From: Gemmatimonadota bacterium
Lineage (GTDB): Bacteria > Gemmatimonadota > Gemmatimonadetes > Gemmatimonadales > GWC2-71-9
Assembly: GCA_003221005.1 (NCBI GenBank)
Contig: QHTZ01000097.1
Coordinates: 1-45,647 of the forward strand
Direction: 5' to 3'
Length of the DNA: 45,647 bases
Part shown: positions 28,258-38,108 of the stretch, piece by piece
How the letters are laid out: every line of letters begins with the position of its first letter
Position numbering within the stretch: position 1 is the first letter of the stretch
Made by a program: the position numbers and the translations under genes
The notes under the pieces: generated by a model
What the model was told of the DNA's origin: nothing
Database searches by the model: none
The model's input: the letters and a program-made list of their open reading frames with translations, nothing else

Positions 28258-29609
28258 CCGTCGGAGCGTTCGTCGTCGTCATCGGCGTCCTCATCTTCGT
28301 GCACGAGGCGGGGCACTTCCTGGTGGCCAAGGCGACCGGCGTGCAGGTGTTGCGGTTCTCCTTGGGCTTTGGGAAGCCGCTCGTCCGGGTGCGCCGCGGT
28401 GAAACGGAGTACTGGATTTCAGCGCTGCCGCTCGGAGGCTACGTGAAGATGGCCGGCCTCGAAGATGAAGGAATGGTAGGCTCGATCGAAGGCGGCCATG
28501 CGGAGACCCCGGTCGACCCGGCCCGCGCGTTCGACCGGCGACCCCTCCTCGTCCGCATCGCGGTGATCCTAGCAGGCGTCACGATGAACATGCTGTTCGC
28601 CGTCTTCGCCTATGCCGGGCTCTTCGGAACCTTGGGGGAGGCGCGCCTGGCCACGACCCAGGTGGACTCGGTCTGGACAGACAGCCTGCCGTCAAGTGCT
28701 CGTGCGCTCGCAACCCTGCGCCGCGGCGACCAGATCGTGGCCGTGAACCAGGATTCGGTGACGTCGTGGGAGGATCTCTTGGAGCGGCTCGCCACGGCGC
28801 CGCTCCCGCTGCGTCTGCGCGTCGCGGGTCGGACGGACGCGCTCGTGCTCGCTCTCCCGCGCGGCGACGTGCAGGCGCGGGCTGCCGTGTTGCGGAGCGT
28901 CGAACCATTTGTCCCGCCTGTCCTGGACACGGTTCAGCCTGGGCTACCCGGGGCGCGCGGAGGCCTGGCGCGGGGCGACCGCGTCCTCCGCGTGGGGAGC
29001 GACACCATCGTGAGCTGGGCGCAGTTCACACGCCGCGTGCGGGCGAGCGCGCACCGACGGCTGACCGTGGTCGTGGCGCGCGGGGATTCGATCGTGACGC
29101 TCGTCGTGACGCCGGAACGGCGACCGGTTCCTGACCCCCGCACGGGCGAAGTGGCGATGTCCGGATACCTGGGCATCGGGCCCGTGCAGCCGGTCGTCCG
29201 TACCCGGTTTGGGGTCGCCGGCGCGGTCGGCGCTGGGCTGCGCCGCGCGCTGCGCGATGCCGGACAGGTCGCAGGCACCGTCAGAGGCCTCGTCACGGGG
29301 CAGGTCTCGTTGAAGGAAGTGGGCGGGCCCATCATGATCGGGCGCATCTCGGGGCAAGCGGCGCGTCGCGGGGTGCCCGATCTCCTAGCCTTCATGGCGC
29401 TCCTCTCGGTCAACCTTGCGGTGCTGAACCTCTTGCCCATTCCGATTCTCGACGGCGGCCAGCTGGTATTTCTCATTGCCGAGGGGCTGCGCCGCAGGCC
29501 GCTGTCGCTGAGACTCCGGCTTGTTCTCACACAGATCGGGTTCGCGTTGATCGTCAGCGTGATGGCCATCGTGGTGGGACGGGAGTTCCTTGGCCTCTTC
29601 GGCCGTTAG
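28248..29609 (+). CDS. rseP: Site-2 intramembrane metalloprotease with PDZ domains
   Basis: HEAGH, LPLGGYVKM, two PDZ-like segments, NLLPIPILDGG. Confidence 0.94.
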   Translation: MLLTVGAFVVVIGVLIFVHEAGHFLVAKATGVQVLRFSLGFGKPLVRVRRGETEYWISALPLGGYVKMAGLEDEGMVGSIEGGHAETPVDPARAFDRRPLLVRIAVILAGVTMNMLFAVFAYAGLFGTLGEARLATTQVDSVWTDSLPSSARALATLRRGDQIVAVNQDSVTSWEDLLERLATAPLPLRLRVAGRTDALVLALPRGDVQARAAVLRSVEPFVPPVLDTVQPGLPGARGGLARGDRVLRVGSDTIVSWAQFTRRVRASAHRRLTVVVARGDSIVTLVVTPERRPVPDPRTGEVAMSGYLGIGPVQPVVRTRFGVAGAVGAGLRRALRDAGQVAGTVRGLVTGQVSLKEVGGPIMIGRISGQAARRGVPDLLAFMALLSVNLAVLNLLPIPILDGGQLVFLIAEGLRRRPLSLRLRLVLTQIGFALIVSVMAIVVGREFLGLFGR

Positions 29610-29964
29610 GCCGGTGCTCGAGGCGTATCTGGGGGGCCGCGCCGACGCGACGGCGGTCGTGGTGGCCACGGCGGTGGCCTACTACGGGGATGGCGGTCGC
29701 GGTCGCGGGACGCGGGCAGCGCTGCGTCCGCTGATCGACGTGATCGATCGCGCATCGCCCGGGGTTGTCGAGCTGGGAGCTGTGAGCGGCGCGTCGGGGT
29801 TCGAGATCCGCCTGGCGGAGCGGCCGTTTCCCGCGCAATACGAGGCTGACTTGCGCCGGGCCGTAGAGGCGGCGCTTGCAGGGCTGCCTCCTATGGAAGG
29901 GCCGGCCGCCCCACGCCTGCTGCGCCGGGTGCTCGGCGCGATCCAGCGCCTGCTCAGCGCATGA
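29590..29964 (+). CDS. Hypothetical protein, 124 aa
   Basis: TTG start with GGGAG upstream; fills the gap between rseP and the convergent kinase. Confidence 0.55.
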   Translation: MASSAVRPVLEAYLGGRADATAVVVATAVAYYGDGGRGRGTRAALRPLIDVIDRASPGVVELGAVSGASGFEIRLAERPFPAQYEADLRRAVEAALAGLPPMEGPAAPRLLRRVLGAIQRLLSA

Positions 29965-30868
29965 GCTCGACCATCAGGACCAACAGCAGCATCAACCCCA
30001 CGCCGACCACGGCGACCAGCCCCCACGTGGCGCGGTGCTGCGCGTCGACGTCCTTGAGGTCGGCCTCCAGCTCCGCCGCACTCTGGTAACGGTCGTCGGG
30101 GTGCTTGGCGAGGCACTTGAAGACCACCCGCTCGAAGCGCTTCGAGAGCTCCGGTCGCTTCTTGCGCAGCGCCAGCGGCGGGTCCTCGACGTGCATCCGA
30201 GCGAGCTCGAACCACTCGGCGTGGGTGAACGGCACTTCGCCGGTCGCCGCCTTGTAGAGCGTCACACCGAGCGCGTAGAAGTCGGCGCGCGGATCGATGG
30301 GACGTCCTAGCGCCTGCTCCGGGGAGAGGTACTGCGGCGTCCCGATCGTCATGTTCACGCCGGTCGACGCTACGTACCCCGAGACAGCGCGCGCGATGCC
30401 GAAATCCGTGATCACGGCACGTCCGTCCGAGCGGAGGAGGATGTTGTCGGGCTTGAGGTCACGGTGGATCACGCCCTGTCCGTGAGCGAAGGCCAGTGCG
30501 CGCGCGATGTCCTCCGCGATGCGAACGATGTCGCTCTCCGGGAGGGGACCCTCTCGCGCGAGGCGTGCCCCCAGGCTGTCGGCGCACAAGTCCATCGCGA
30601 AGTAGACGTGGGGTCCGGTCTTGGACACCGAGCGGATGTGCACGATGTTGGGGTGCTCGAGCTTAGCGGCGGTTTCGCTCTCGTTCCGAAACCGCGCCTC
30701 GAAGTTGGGATCGCCGGCGTAGCGCGGCTTCAACACCTTCACCGCGACCGGCGTGCCGTCGGTTTCCCGTCCGACGAAGACCCACGCGAAACCGCCCTGG
30801 CCGATGAGTCGCTCCAGGTGGTAGGGGCCGAGCGATCGGCCGACGAGATCGGTGGGCGCGCCGGTCAT
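29954..30868 (-). CDS. Compact Hanks-type Ser/Thr kinase with C-terminal membrane anchor
   Basis: IGQGGFAWV, VAVKVLK, HRDLKPDN, DFG, GTPQYLSPEQ; hydrophobic C-terminal tail. Confidence 0.9.
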   Translation of the reverse strand: MTGAPTDLVGRSLGPYHLERLIGQGGFAWVFVGRETDGTPVAVKVLKPRYAGDPNFEARFRNESETAAKLEHPNIVHIRSVSKTGPHVYFAMDLCADSLGARLAREGPLPESDIVRIAEDIARALAFAHGQGVIHRDLKPDNILLRSDGRAVITDFGIARAVSGYVASTGVNMTIGTPQYLSPEQALGRPIDPRADFYALGVTLYKAATGEVPFTHAEWFELARMHVEDPPLALRKKRPELSKRFERVVFKCLAKHPDDRYQSAAELEADLKDVDAQHRATWGLVAVVGVGLMLLLVLMVELMR

Positions 30869-30885
30869 GGGGCGTATGTCGGGGC

Positions 30886-30914
30886 TTTACAAAGGGCTAG
30901 GGCGTCCCTAACTT
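30886..30914 (+). promoter_or_regulatory. Sigma-70-type promoter for rpsO
   Basis: TTTACA-N17-TAACTT about 32 nt upstream of rpsO. Confidence 0.6.
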
Positions 30915-30946
30915 AGTGTGCTCACGATAATTAGGGAACAGCCCTG

Positions 30947-31204
30947 ATGTACGACAAGACGACGCCGGTCAGGAAGTACGGGCAGCACGACAAGGACACG
31001 GGCTCAGCCCCGGTACAGGTCGCACTGCTCACCGAGCGGATCAACAGCCTCACCGATCACTTCCGGGTCCACGCGAAGGACTACCACGGGCAACGTGGCC
31101 TGCTGCGCATGGTCAGCAAGCGCCGCCGCCTGCTCGAGTATCTCAAGCGCACCGACCTGGAGCGCTATCGGCAGCTCATCGACGAGCTGGGTCTCCGCCA
31201 TTAG
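30947..31204 (+). CDS. rpsO: 30S ribosomal protein S15
   Basis: [35 protein letters not shown]. Confidence 0.97.
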   Translation: MYDKTTPVRKYGQHDKDTGSAPVQVALLTERINSLTDHFRVHAKDYHGQRGLLRMVSKRRRLLEYLKRTDLERYRQLIDELGLRH

Positions 31205-31224
31205 TCGAACAGGCGTCGCGCCGG

Positions 31225-31250
31225 GCGCCCCGGGAAGAGCACCGGGGCGC
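31225..31250 (+). terminator. GC-rich hairpin between rpsO and pnp (terminator or processing stem)
   Basis: GCGCCCCGG-GAAGAGCA-CCGGGGCGC, flanked by GCGTC/GACGC and a short T run. Confidence 0.55.
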
Positions 31251-31287
31251 TTGACGCATTTTCATGTGCTCTAGACAGGCCATATAA

Positions 31288-33384
31288 GTGAAGCACGTCG
31301 AACGCAAGTTCGCAGGACGGGCACTCCGGGTGGAAGCCGGGCGGCTGGCGAAGCAGGCCGCAGGTGCGTGCCTCGTCCAATTCGGCGAGACCGTGGTTCT
31401 CGCCGCCGTCACCGTATCTGACAATGTCTCCACGCTGCCGTTCTTCCCGCTCACCGTCGAATATCGGGAAAAAAGCTACGCCGCCGGCAAGATTCCCGGC
31501 GGCTTCTTGAAGCGCGAAGGGCGTCCCTCCGACGAGGAAGTCCTGGCTGCGCGGGTGACCGACCGCTCGGTCCGGCCGCTCTTCCCGGAGGGCTTCAAGA
31601 ACGAAGTACAGGTCTTCATCTACGTGCTGTCGGCCGACCAGGAGAACGACGCCGACGTCCTCGGCGTGACCGCGGCCTCGGCGGCCCTCATGATGTCCAA
31701 AGTTCCCTGGAACGGACCCATCGCCGCGGTGCGGGTGGGGCGGGTCGAAGGCGCGTGGATCCTGAACCCGACGTTCCAGCAGCTCGAGTTCTCGGACGTG
31801 GACATGACGGTCTCGGGGTCGCGCGATTCCATCGTCATGGTGGAGGGCGGGGCGCTCGAGCTCACCGAGGTAGAGATCGTGAAGGGGCTGGAGGTGGCGC
31901 ACAAGGGGATCCGCGAGCTGCTCGACGCCGAGGAGGAGCTCGTGGCGGACCTGCGCCAGCCGAAGATGGAGTGGACCAAGATCGAGCCTCCCCCGGAGCT
32001 CGTGGCCCGCGTGAAGCAGCTCGCTGAGGCGCGGGTCTCCGAGGCGCTGAACCTGCCTGAAAAATCGGAGCGGGCGCAAGCCCTGGGCGCGCTCAAGGCG
32101 ACGATCCAGGAGCAACTGGCCGCGGAGTTCCCCGACAACAGCAAGGACGTCGCTACCGTCATCGAGGAGATCGAGTACCGCACGATGCGCGAGCAGGTGC
32201 TCACACACCGTGAGCGGGTGGACGGCCGGGACCCGGACACGGTGCGGCCGATCACCTCCGAGGTCGGCGTCTTGCCCCGGACTCACGGCTCCGCCCTGTT
32301 CACCAGGGGGCAGACGCAAGCCCTGGTGTCCGTGACGTTGGGCACGGTGAGCGACGAGCAGCGGATCGATTCGATCGACGTGGCGCAGGAGACCACGAAG
32401 TCGTTCATGCTGCACTACAACTTCCCGCCGTTCTCCACCGGCGAGGTGCGACCGATTCGCGGCACGTCGCGCCGTGAGGTCGGGCACGGAGCGCTCGCCG
32501 AGCGCGCGCTCCAGGCGCTACTCCCTCCTTACGACCAGTTCCCTTACACGATCCGCATCGTGTCCGACATCCTCGAGTCGAACGGCTCTTCGTCGATGGC
32601 CACGGTGTGCGGGGGCTCGCTGGCGCTGTTCGACGCCGGCGTTCCCGTGAAGGGCTCCTGCGCCGGTATCGCCATGGGCCTGATCAAGGAGGCGGACCGG
32701 GTCGCGGTGCTCACAGACATTCTCGGCACCGAGGACCACCTGGGCGACATGGACTTCAAGGTCGCGGGGACGCGCGAGGGCGTCACCTCGATCCAGATGG
32801 ACATCAAGATCGAGGGGCTCGACTTCAAGATCATCAGCGAAGCACTGGAGCGCGCGAAGCAGGCCCGCCTGCACATCCTGGACATCATGGACCAGGCGAT
32901 TCCGCGGCCGCGTTCACAGCTCTCCAAGTATGCGCCGCGCATCATCACGATGCAGATCCGGCCGGACAAGATCGGCGACTTGATCGGGCCCAAGGGGAAG
33001 ATCATCCGCGGGATCCAGGAACAGACCGGCGCCGAGATCAACGTGGACGACTCCGGGATGGTGACCATCTCGGCTGTGGGCGAGGGCGGCGAGCGCGCCC
33101 GCGACATGGTCGCGGCGATCGTGCAGGAGCCCGAGGTCGGCAAGGTCTACGAAGGGATCGTGAAGAGCACCACGGCGTTCGGCGCGTTCGTGGAGATCCT
33201 GCCGGGCGTGGAGGGACTGCTGCACATCTCGGAGCTGCAGCACGGCCGCACCGAGCGCACCGAAGACGTGGTGAAGCGGGGCGATCGCGTGCGCGTGAAG
33301 CTACTCGAAGTGGACGAGCGCGGGCGGATGCGGCTCTCGCGCAAGGCGCTGCTCGAGGCGCCGGAGCCCGTGCGCGCGCGGTAG
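31288..33384 (+). CDS. pnp: Polyribonucleotide nucleotidyltransferase
   Basis: FFPLTVEY.EK.YAAGKIPGGFLKREG, HGSALFTRGQTQ, ESNGSSSMA, DHLGDMDFKVAG, KH and S1 domains. Confidence 0.98.
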   Translation: MKHVERKFAGRALRVEAGRLAKQAAGACLVQFGETVVLAAVTVSDNVSTLPFFPLTVEYREKSYAAGKIPGGFLKREGRPSDEEVLAARVTDRSVRPLFPEGFKNEVQVFIYVLSADQENDADVLGVTAASAALMMSKVPWNGPIAAVRVGRVEGAWILNPTFQQLEFSDVDMTVSGSRDSIVMVEGGALELTEVEIVKGLEVAHKGIRELLDAEEELVADLRQPKMEWTKIEPPPELVARVKQLAEARVSEALNLPEKSERAQALGALKATIQEQLAAEFPDNSKDVATVIEEIEYRTMREQVLTHRERVDGRDPDTVRPITSEVGVLPRTHGSALFTRGQTQALVSVTLGTVSDEQRIDSIDVAQETTKSFMLHYNFPPFSTGEVRPIRGTSRREVGHGALAERALQALLPPYDQFPYTIRIVSDILESNGSSSMATVCGGSLALFDAGVPVKGSCAGIAMGLIKEADRVAVLTDILGTEDHLGDMDFKVAGTREGVTSIQMDIKIEGLDFKIISEALERAKQARLHILDIMDQAIPRPRSQLSKYAPRIITMQIRPDKIGDLIGPKGKIIRGIQEQTGAEINVDDSGMVTISAVGEGGERARDMVAAIVQEPEVGKVYEGIVKSTTAFGAFVEILPGVEGLLHISELQHGRTERTEDVVKRGDRVRVKLLEVDERGRMRLSRKALLEAPEPVRAR

Positions 33385-34647
33385 ATGGAGACCGTCCAAC
33401 TCGACCGGGAGATCTTCCAAACTCGAGCCCCCAACGGTGTCACGGTGTTATCCGAGCGCGTGCCCGCGGTGCGCTCGGCGGCCGTGGGCGTGTGGGTGCG
33501 GAGCGCGAGCGCGCACGAATCCCGCGGCAAGATGGGTGTCTCCCACCTGCTCGAGCACATGGTGTTCAAGGGCACCGAGCGGCGGAGCGCGCAGGACATC
33601 GCGCTCGCGCTCGAATCGCGGGGCGGCTCGCTCGACGCCTACACGTCGCGTGACACCACCGCCTTCCAAGCGCGGGTCCTGGACGCCGACCTGCCGCGCG
33701 CCCTCGACGTCATCACCGACCTGGTACGCCGGCCGGTGCTGCGGGACAAGGACTTGGAGCTCGAGCGCAACGTCGTGCTCGAAGAGATCAACATGCTCGA
33801 CGACACGCCCGACGATCAGGTCTTCGATCTCGCGTCGGCCGCGCTCTGGCCGGAGCACCCCTACGGCTTCTCCATCATCGGGACGCGCGAGTCCGTGACC
33901 GCGCTCTCCACGGCGGACCTGAAGCAGCTGCATCGGCAGGCGTACGTGCCTGGGAACTGCGTCATCGCTGCCGCCGGCAATCTCGACCACGAGCGGCTGC
34001 TCGACGAGCTCGACAAGCAGGGCTGGTTCGAGTGGGACGGGGGACGGGAGAAGGGGGACGGGCCAAAGGCGGCTCCGGTGCCTCCCGGTGTGCGCGGAGG
34101 CGAGTCACGCCACGCCAAGGACACCACCCAGACGCACATTGTCCTGATGACGGACACGGTGCCCTACGCCGACCCTCGCAAGTACGCGCTGCTCGTCCTG
34201 TCCAACGTGTTCGGCGGCGGCATGTCGAGCCGGCTGTTCCAACGGGTGCGCGAGGAACTGGGACTGGCGTATGCGATATACGCGTTCACGACGTTTTACC
34301 GGGAGATGGGCGTCGCGGGCGTGTACGTCGGTACCCAGCCCAAGACGGCGGAGCAGGCGGTGGCAGCGATCCGCGAGGAGTTTGCCAAAGTCGCCCGCGA
34401 GTGGCTCACGGGGCCGGCGCTCGCGGACGCCAAGCAGCAGACCCAGGGACAGGTCATGCTCTCGCTGGAGAGTCCGGCGGCGCGGATGTATCGTTTGGCG
34501 GGTTTTCCGTTGTACGGCGAGCCGTACCAGAGTCTCGACGATGTGCTCGCGACCCTCGCTGGGCTGAGCGAGGCGGAGGTCGCGAGCGTGGCGCGGGAGT
34601 TCTTCGACCCGGAGCGACAGCGGGTGGTGTGGCTCGGCCCGAATTGA
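33385..34647 (+). CDS. M16 family zinc peptidase
   Basis: Inverted zinc motif HLLEHMVFKGT; GGGMSSRLFQRVREELGLAY; usual position after pnp. Confidence 0.93.
   Translation: METVQLDREIFQTRAPNGVTVLSERVPAVRSAAVGVWVRSASAHESRGKMGVSHLLEHMVFKGTERRSAQDIALALESRGGSLDAYTSRDTTAFQARVLDADLPRALDVITDLVRRPVLRDKDLELERNVVLEEINMLDDTPDDQVFDLASAALWPEHPYGFSIIGTRESVTALSTADLKQLHRQAYVPGNCVIAAAGNLDHERLLDELDKQGWFEWDGGREKGDGPKAAPVPPGVRGGESRHAKDTTQTHIVLMTDTVPYADPRKYALLVLSNVFGGGMSSRLFQRVREELGLAYAIYAFTTFYREMGVAGVYVGTQPKTAEQAVAAIREEFAKVAREWLTGPALADAKQQTQGQVMLSLESPAARMYRLAGFPLYGEPYQSLDDVLATLAGLSEAEVASVAREFFDPERQRVVWLGPN
34034..34061 (+). repeat. Purine-rich heptamer array inside the M16 peptidase gene
   Basis: GGGACGG GGGACGG GAGAAGG GGGACGG, encoding DGGREKGDG. 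Confidence 0.75.
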
Positions 34648-34651
34648 CGCC

Positions 34652-35761
34652 ATGATCGTCGGAGTCCCGAAAAAGATCAAGACGGCCGAACACCGCGTGG
34701 CGTTGGTGCCCGCCGGGGCACACGCGCTGCGCGGCGATGGGCATACGGTGCTGGTGGAGCAGGGCGCTGGGCTGGGCTCGGGCTTTGCGGACGACACCTA
34801 CCGGGCCCAGGGGGCGAGCATCGTGGGGGCCGCCGAGCTGTGGGGGCGGGCCGAGCTGATCCTTAAGGTGAAGGAGCCCATCGAGCCCGAATGGCCGTGC
34901 ATCCGCGCGGGCCAGGTCCTCTTCACCTACTTCCATTTCGCCGCCTCCCAATCCCTCACCGCAGCTCTCATCAAGTCGCAAGCGATCGCGATCGCCTACG
35001 AGACGGTCCAGCTCGAATCGGGCGAGCTGCCGCTGTTGACGCCGATGAGCGAGGTCGCGGGCCGCATGGCGGTGCAGGAGGGGGCGAAGTACCTCGAGAA
35101 GGCATACGGCGGCAGCGGCATCCTGCTCGGCGGCGTGCCCGGCGTGCTCCCGGGCGAGGTGCTGATCATCGGGGGCGGCACCGTCGGGACCAACGCTGCG
35201 AAGATGGCCGCCGGGCTCGGCGCCCACGTCACGCTGCTGGACCTGTCGCTCGACCGCCTGCGCTACCTCGCGGACGTCCTGCCCCCGAACGTCGACGTCC
35301 TCTATTCCAACAGACACAACATCGTCGAGCAGCTGCGCCGCGCGGACGTCGTGATCGGCGCCGTGCTGCGGCCGGGCGCGAAGGCGCCCCACCTGGTCAC
35401 GCGGGCCGACCTGGGCCTCATGAAGCCAGGCTCGATCATTGTGGACGTCGCCGTGGACCAGGGCGGGTGCTTCGAGACGACGAAACCGACGACGCACGAC
35501 CACCCGACGTATGTGGTGGACGGCATCATCCACTATGCGGTGGCGAACATGCCGGGCGGGGTGCCGCGCACGTCGACGCTGGCGCTCACCAACGCGACGT
35601 TCCCCTACGCCCGGCGCCTCGCGCGGGACGGCTGGCAGCAGGCGTGCCGGCAAGACCGCGCGCTATTCTTCGGGCTCAACGTCATCGCGGGCAAAGTCGT
35701 GTATCCCGGCGTGGCCGAAGCGTTCGGGCTGCCCCTGGTCGATCCCAAGCGGCTGCTGTGA
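34652..35761 (+). CDS. ald: Alanine dehydrogenase
   Basis: [50 protein letters not shown]. Confidence 0.96.
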   Translation: MIVGVPKKIKTAEHRVALVPAGAHALRGDGHTVLVEQGAGLGSGFADDTYRAQGASIVGAAELWGRAELILKVKEPIEPEWPCIRAGQVLFTYFHFAASQSLTAALIKSQAIAIAYETVQLESGELPLLTPMSEVAGRMAVQEGAKYLEKAYGGSGILLGGVPGVLPGEVLIIGGGTVGTNAAKMAAGLGAHVTLLDLSLDRLRYLADVLPPNVDVLYSNRHNIVEQLRRADVVIGAVLRPGAKAPHLVTRADLGLMKPGSIIVDVAVDQGGCFETTKPTTHDHPTYVVDGIIHYAVANMPGGVPRTSTLALTNATFPYARRLARDGWQQACRQDRALFFGLNVIAGKVVYPGVAEAFGLPLVDPKRLL

Positions 35762-36204
35762 GCAGGCCGGTCGTGCAGGTGCGGCGCCTGCCGCACCATG
35801 CGGGACTGCCGCTTCCCACTCGACAAACCGAGGGCTCGGCTGGCTACGACGTCTGCAGCGCGGAGCCGGACTTCGTCCTGGCACCGCTCGAGCGGCACCT
35901 CGTGCGCACCGGGCTCGCGCTCGCGATCCCCGCAGGGTACGAGGCGCAGGTGCGCCCCCGCTCGGGGCTCGCGGTGAAGCACGGCGTCACCCTCCCCAAC
36001 GCTCCCGCGACCATCGATTCCGACTACCGCGGCGAGCTGCTGATCGCGCTCATCAACCTCGGTCCTGCGCCGGTCCCGGTGGAGCGTGGCATGCGCATCG
36101 CGCAGCTCGTGTTCCAGCGGGTCGAACAGGTCGAGCTCGTGGAGGTCGTCGAGTTGCCGGCGAGCGAGCGGGGGCAGGGAGGGTTCGGGAGCACAGGGGC
36201 GTAG
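35758..36204 (+). CDS. dut: dUTP diphosphatase
   Basis: [36 protein letters not shown]; GTGA overlap with ald. Confidence 0.96.
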   Translation: MSRPVVQVRRLPHHAGLPLPTRQTEGSAGYDVCSAEPDFVLAPLERHLVRTGLALAIPAGYEAQVRPRSGLAVKHGVTLPNAPATIDSDYRGELLIALINLGPAPVPVERGMRIAQLVFQRVEQVELVEVVELPASERGQGGFGSTGA

Positions 36205-36213
36205 TCGCTCCTC

Positions 36214-36249
36214 TTGACGGGACGCCGAGTTACTTTACTGTACAAAGTA
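36214..36249 (+). promoter_or_regulatory. Putative promoter (TTGACG-N16-TACTGT) overlapped by palindrome TACTTT-N7-AAAGTA
   Basis: AT-rich patch after the dut stop; inverted repeat at 36231-36249 straddles the -10 element. Confidence 0.5.
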
Positions 36250-36287
36250 CTTTCCATTCGTAGGTCCTCAGTGATGCGGGGGGCCCA

Positions 36288-36389
36288 TTGCGCGGTACCG
36301 CCCTGAATCTGATGGCTCTGAGCCTGAGCGGCCTCCTGATGGCGACCATCGCGGCGTACTTGTTCGTCGAGAACTTCCAGCCGCGTTGA
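36288..36389 (+). CDS. Putative 33-aa single-pass membrane peptide (below the ORF-track cutoff)
   Basis: TTG start after a G run; MRGTALNLMALSLSGLLMATIAAYLFVENFQPR; mostly GC-ending codons. Confidence 0.5.
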   Translation: MRGTALNLMALSLSGLLMATIAAYLFVENFQPR

Positions 36390-36464
36390 GCGGCGGCGTC
36401 CCGCACTACTGCGCCACGGCTCCCGCACCCCATATTCCGAGGTGCCACGTGCCGAGGCCATCTC

Positions 36465-36962
36465 ATGACGGACGAGAATCGAGCGAAACTGCGCTCGCTC
36501 CTGGCGGCTTACGCCGAGCGCAAGGCGAGCCCGCAGCCGTCTTCCCCCGCAGCCGATGCCGCGGCGGAGCGAAAGCGACGGTCCTGCGCCGACCGGCTGC
36601 GCAATATCGTGCGGCCGGTGCTGGACGAGTTCATGGCGGAGCTCAAGACCGCGGGGCACGACGCGTCGACGCGCGACCACACTGATCGCGACGACGCGTA
36701 TCCCAGCGTGGCCCTGTCCTTCACGCCTCGGGTTCGCACGGCCCAGACTCCGGAGACCGCGCTCGCCTCGGCGCTCATGTTCAAGTACGACCCGCGGCGT
36801 GGGATCTTGGTGCAGCGCGACGTGAAGTTGTCTCCGGCGAAGGGCAGAGTCGTGACGGCGACCGGCGACCGTCTCGGGACCATCGGCGTGGATGCGGTGT
36901 CGGCGCAGTGGGTCGAGACCAAGACGTTGACCTTCGTCGAGGACGTCCTCAAAGCCAACTGA
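36465..36962 (+). CDS. Hypothetical protein, 165 aa
   Basis: GAGG RBS, GC3-rich codons, fills the dut-mreB gap; no family recognised. Confidence 0.72.
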   Translation: MTDENRAKLRSLLAAYAERKASPQPSSPAADAAAERKRRSCADRLRNIVRPVLDEFMAELKTAGHDASTRDHTDRDDAYPSVALSFTPRVRTAQTPETALASALMFKYDPRRGILVQRDVKLSPAKGRVVTATGDRLGTIGVDAVSAQWVETKTLTFVEDVLKAN

Positions 36963-37060
36963 GACGTGGCCTCAAGCATCATGCTTGCTTGGAGTTACGC
37001 TTTCCATTAGCTTGAGGCGCCCAAACGTTGCGCCCGCCGAACTCTTTCAGCCGACGACTC

Positions 37061-38104
37061 GTGCCGCTACGCTGGCCGAACTTCAAAATTGGCGCCTGGA
37101 GCCCGGCAAACGAAATTGCCGTGGACCTTGGCACAGCCAACACGCTGGTGTACGTGAAGGGCGAGGGGATCGTCCTGAACGAGCCATCGGTCGTGGCAAT
37201 CGAGAAGTCCACCGGCAAGATCAAGGGCATCGGGCTCGAGGCGAAGCGCATGCTGGGGCGCACCCCCGACGGCATTCTCGCCGTCCGCCCCCTGAAGGAC
37301 GGCGTCATCGCCGACTTCGACGTGACTGAGAAGATGCTCCGCTTCTTTCTCAAGACCATCATCGACCGCCACCTGTTCCGCGTGAAGCCCAAGGTGATCG
37401 TGTGCGTGCCGAGCGGGATCACCGAGGTGGAGAAGCGCGCGGTGCGCGACTCCGCGCAGTCCGCCGGGGCGAAGGAGGTCTACATGGTGGCCGAGCCGAT
37501 GGCGGCGGCGATCGGTGTCGGCCTGCCGGTCGAGACGCCTACGGGCAACATGGTCATCGATATCGGTGGCGGCACGACTGAGATCGCGGTGATCGCGCTC
37601 TCAGGCATCGTCTCGGACACCTCGATTCGCACCGGGGGAGACGAGCTGGATCAGGCGATCGTGCAGTTCATGCGCAAGAACTACAACTTGCTGATCGGCG
37701 AGCCGACGGCGGAGCAGATCAAGATCCAAATCGGGTCCGCCGCGCCTGTGGGCGAGGAGCGCGAGATGGAGGTCAAGGGCCGGGATCTCGTGTCCGGGAT
37801 CCCGAAGATCGTGCGGGTGCATTCGAGCGAGATCCGGGAAGCGGTCCAGGAGCCGATTCAGCAGATCGTCGATGCCGTGCGCCGCGCCCTGGAAATCACG
37901 CCGCCGGAGCTCGCGAGCGATATCGTGGACCGGGGCATCGTGATGACCGGGGGCGGGGCGCTGATCCGCGGCCTCGACGTGCTGCTCCAGCAGGAGACCG
38001 GCCTGCCGATCCACCTGGATGAAGATCCGATGACGTGCGTGGTCCGGGGCACCGGCCGTATCCTCGACGATCCGGAGAAGTACCGCAACGTCCTCACCAG
38101 GTAG
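37061..38104 (+). CDS. mreB: Rod shape-determining protein MreB
   Basis: [49 protein letters not shown]; exact start uncertain. Confidence 0.97.
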   Translation: MPLRWPNFKIGAWSPANEIAVDLGTANTLVYVKGEGIVLNEPSVVAIEKSTGKIKGIGLEAKRMLGRTPDGILAVRPLKDGVIADFDVTEKMLRFFLKTIIDRHLFRVKPKVIVCVPSGITEVEKRAVRDSAQSAGAKEVYMVAEPMAAAIGVGLPVETPTGNMVIDIGGGTTEIAVIALSGIVSDTSIRTGGDELDQAIVQFMRKNYNLLIGEPTAEQIKIQIGSAAPVGEEREMEVKGRDLVSGIPKIVRVHSSEIREAVQEPIQQIVDAVRRALEITPPELASDIVDRGIVMTGGGALIRGLDVLLQQETGLPIHLDEDPMTCVVRGTGRILDDPEKYRNVLTR

Positions 38105-38108
38105 CGTC

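Noticed and set aside
25949-29609. Long N-terminal extensions of cdsA, dxr and rseP in the ORF track (also aroA, rpsI, dut, mreD, mrdA)
   Set aside because: High-GC open frames overlapping the upstream gene; true starts sit at or near stop/start overlaps.
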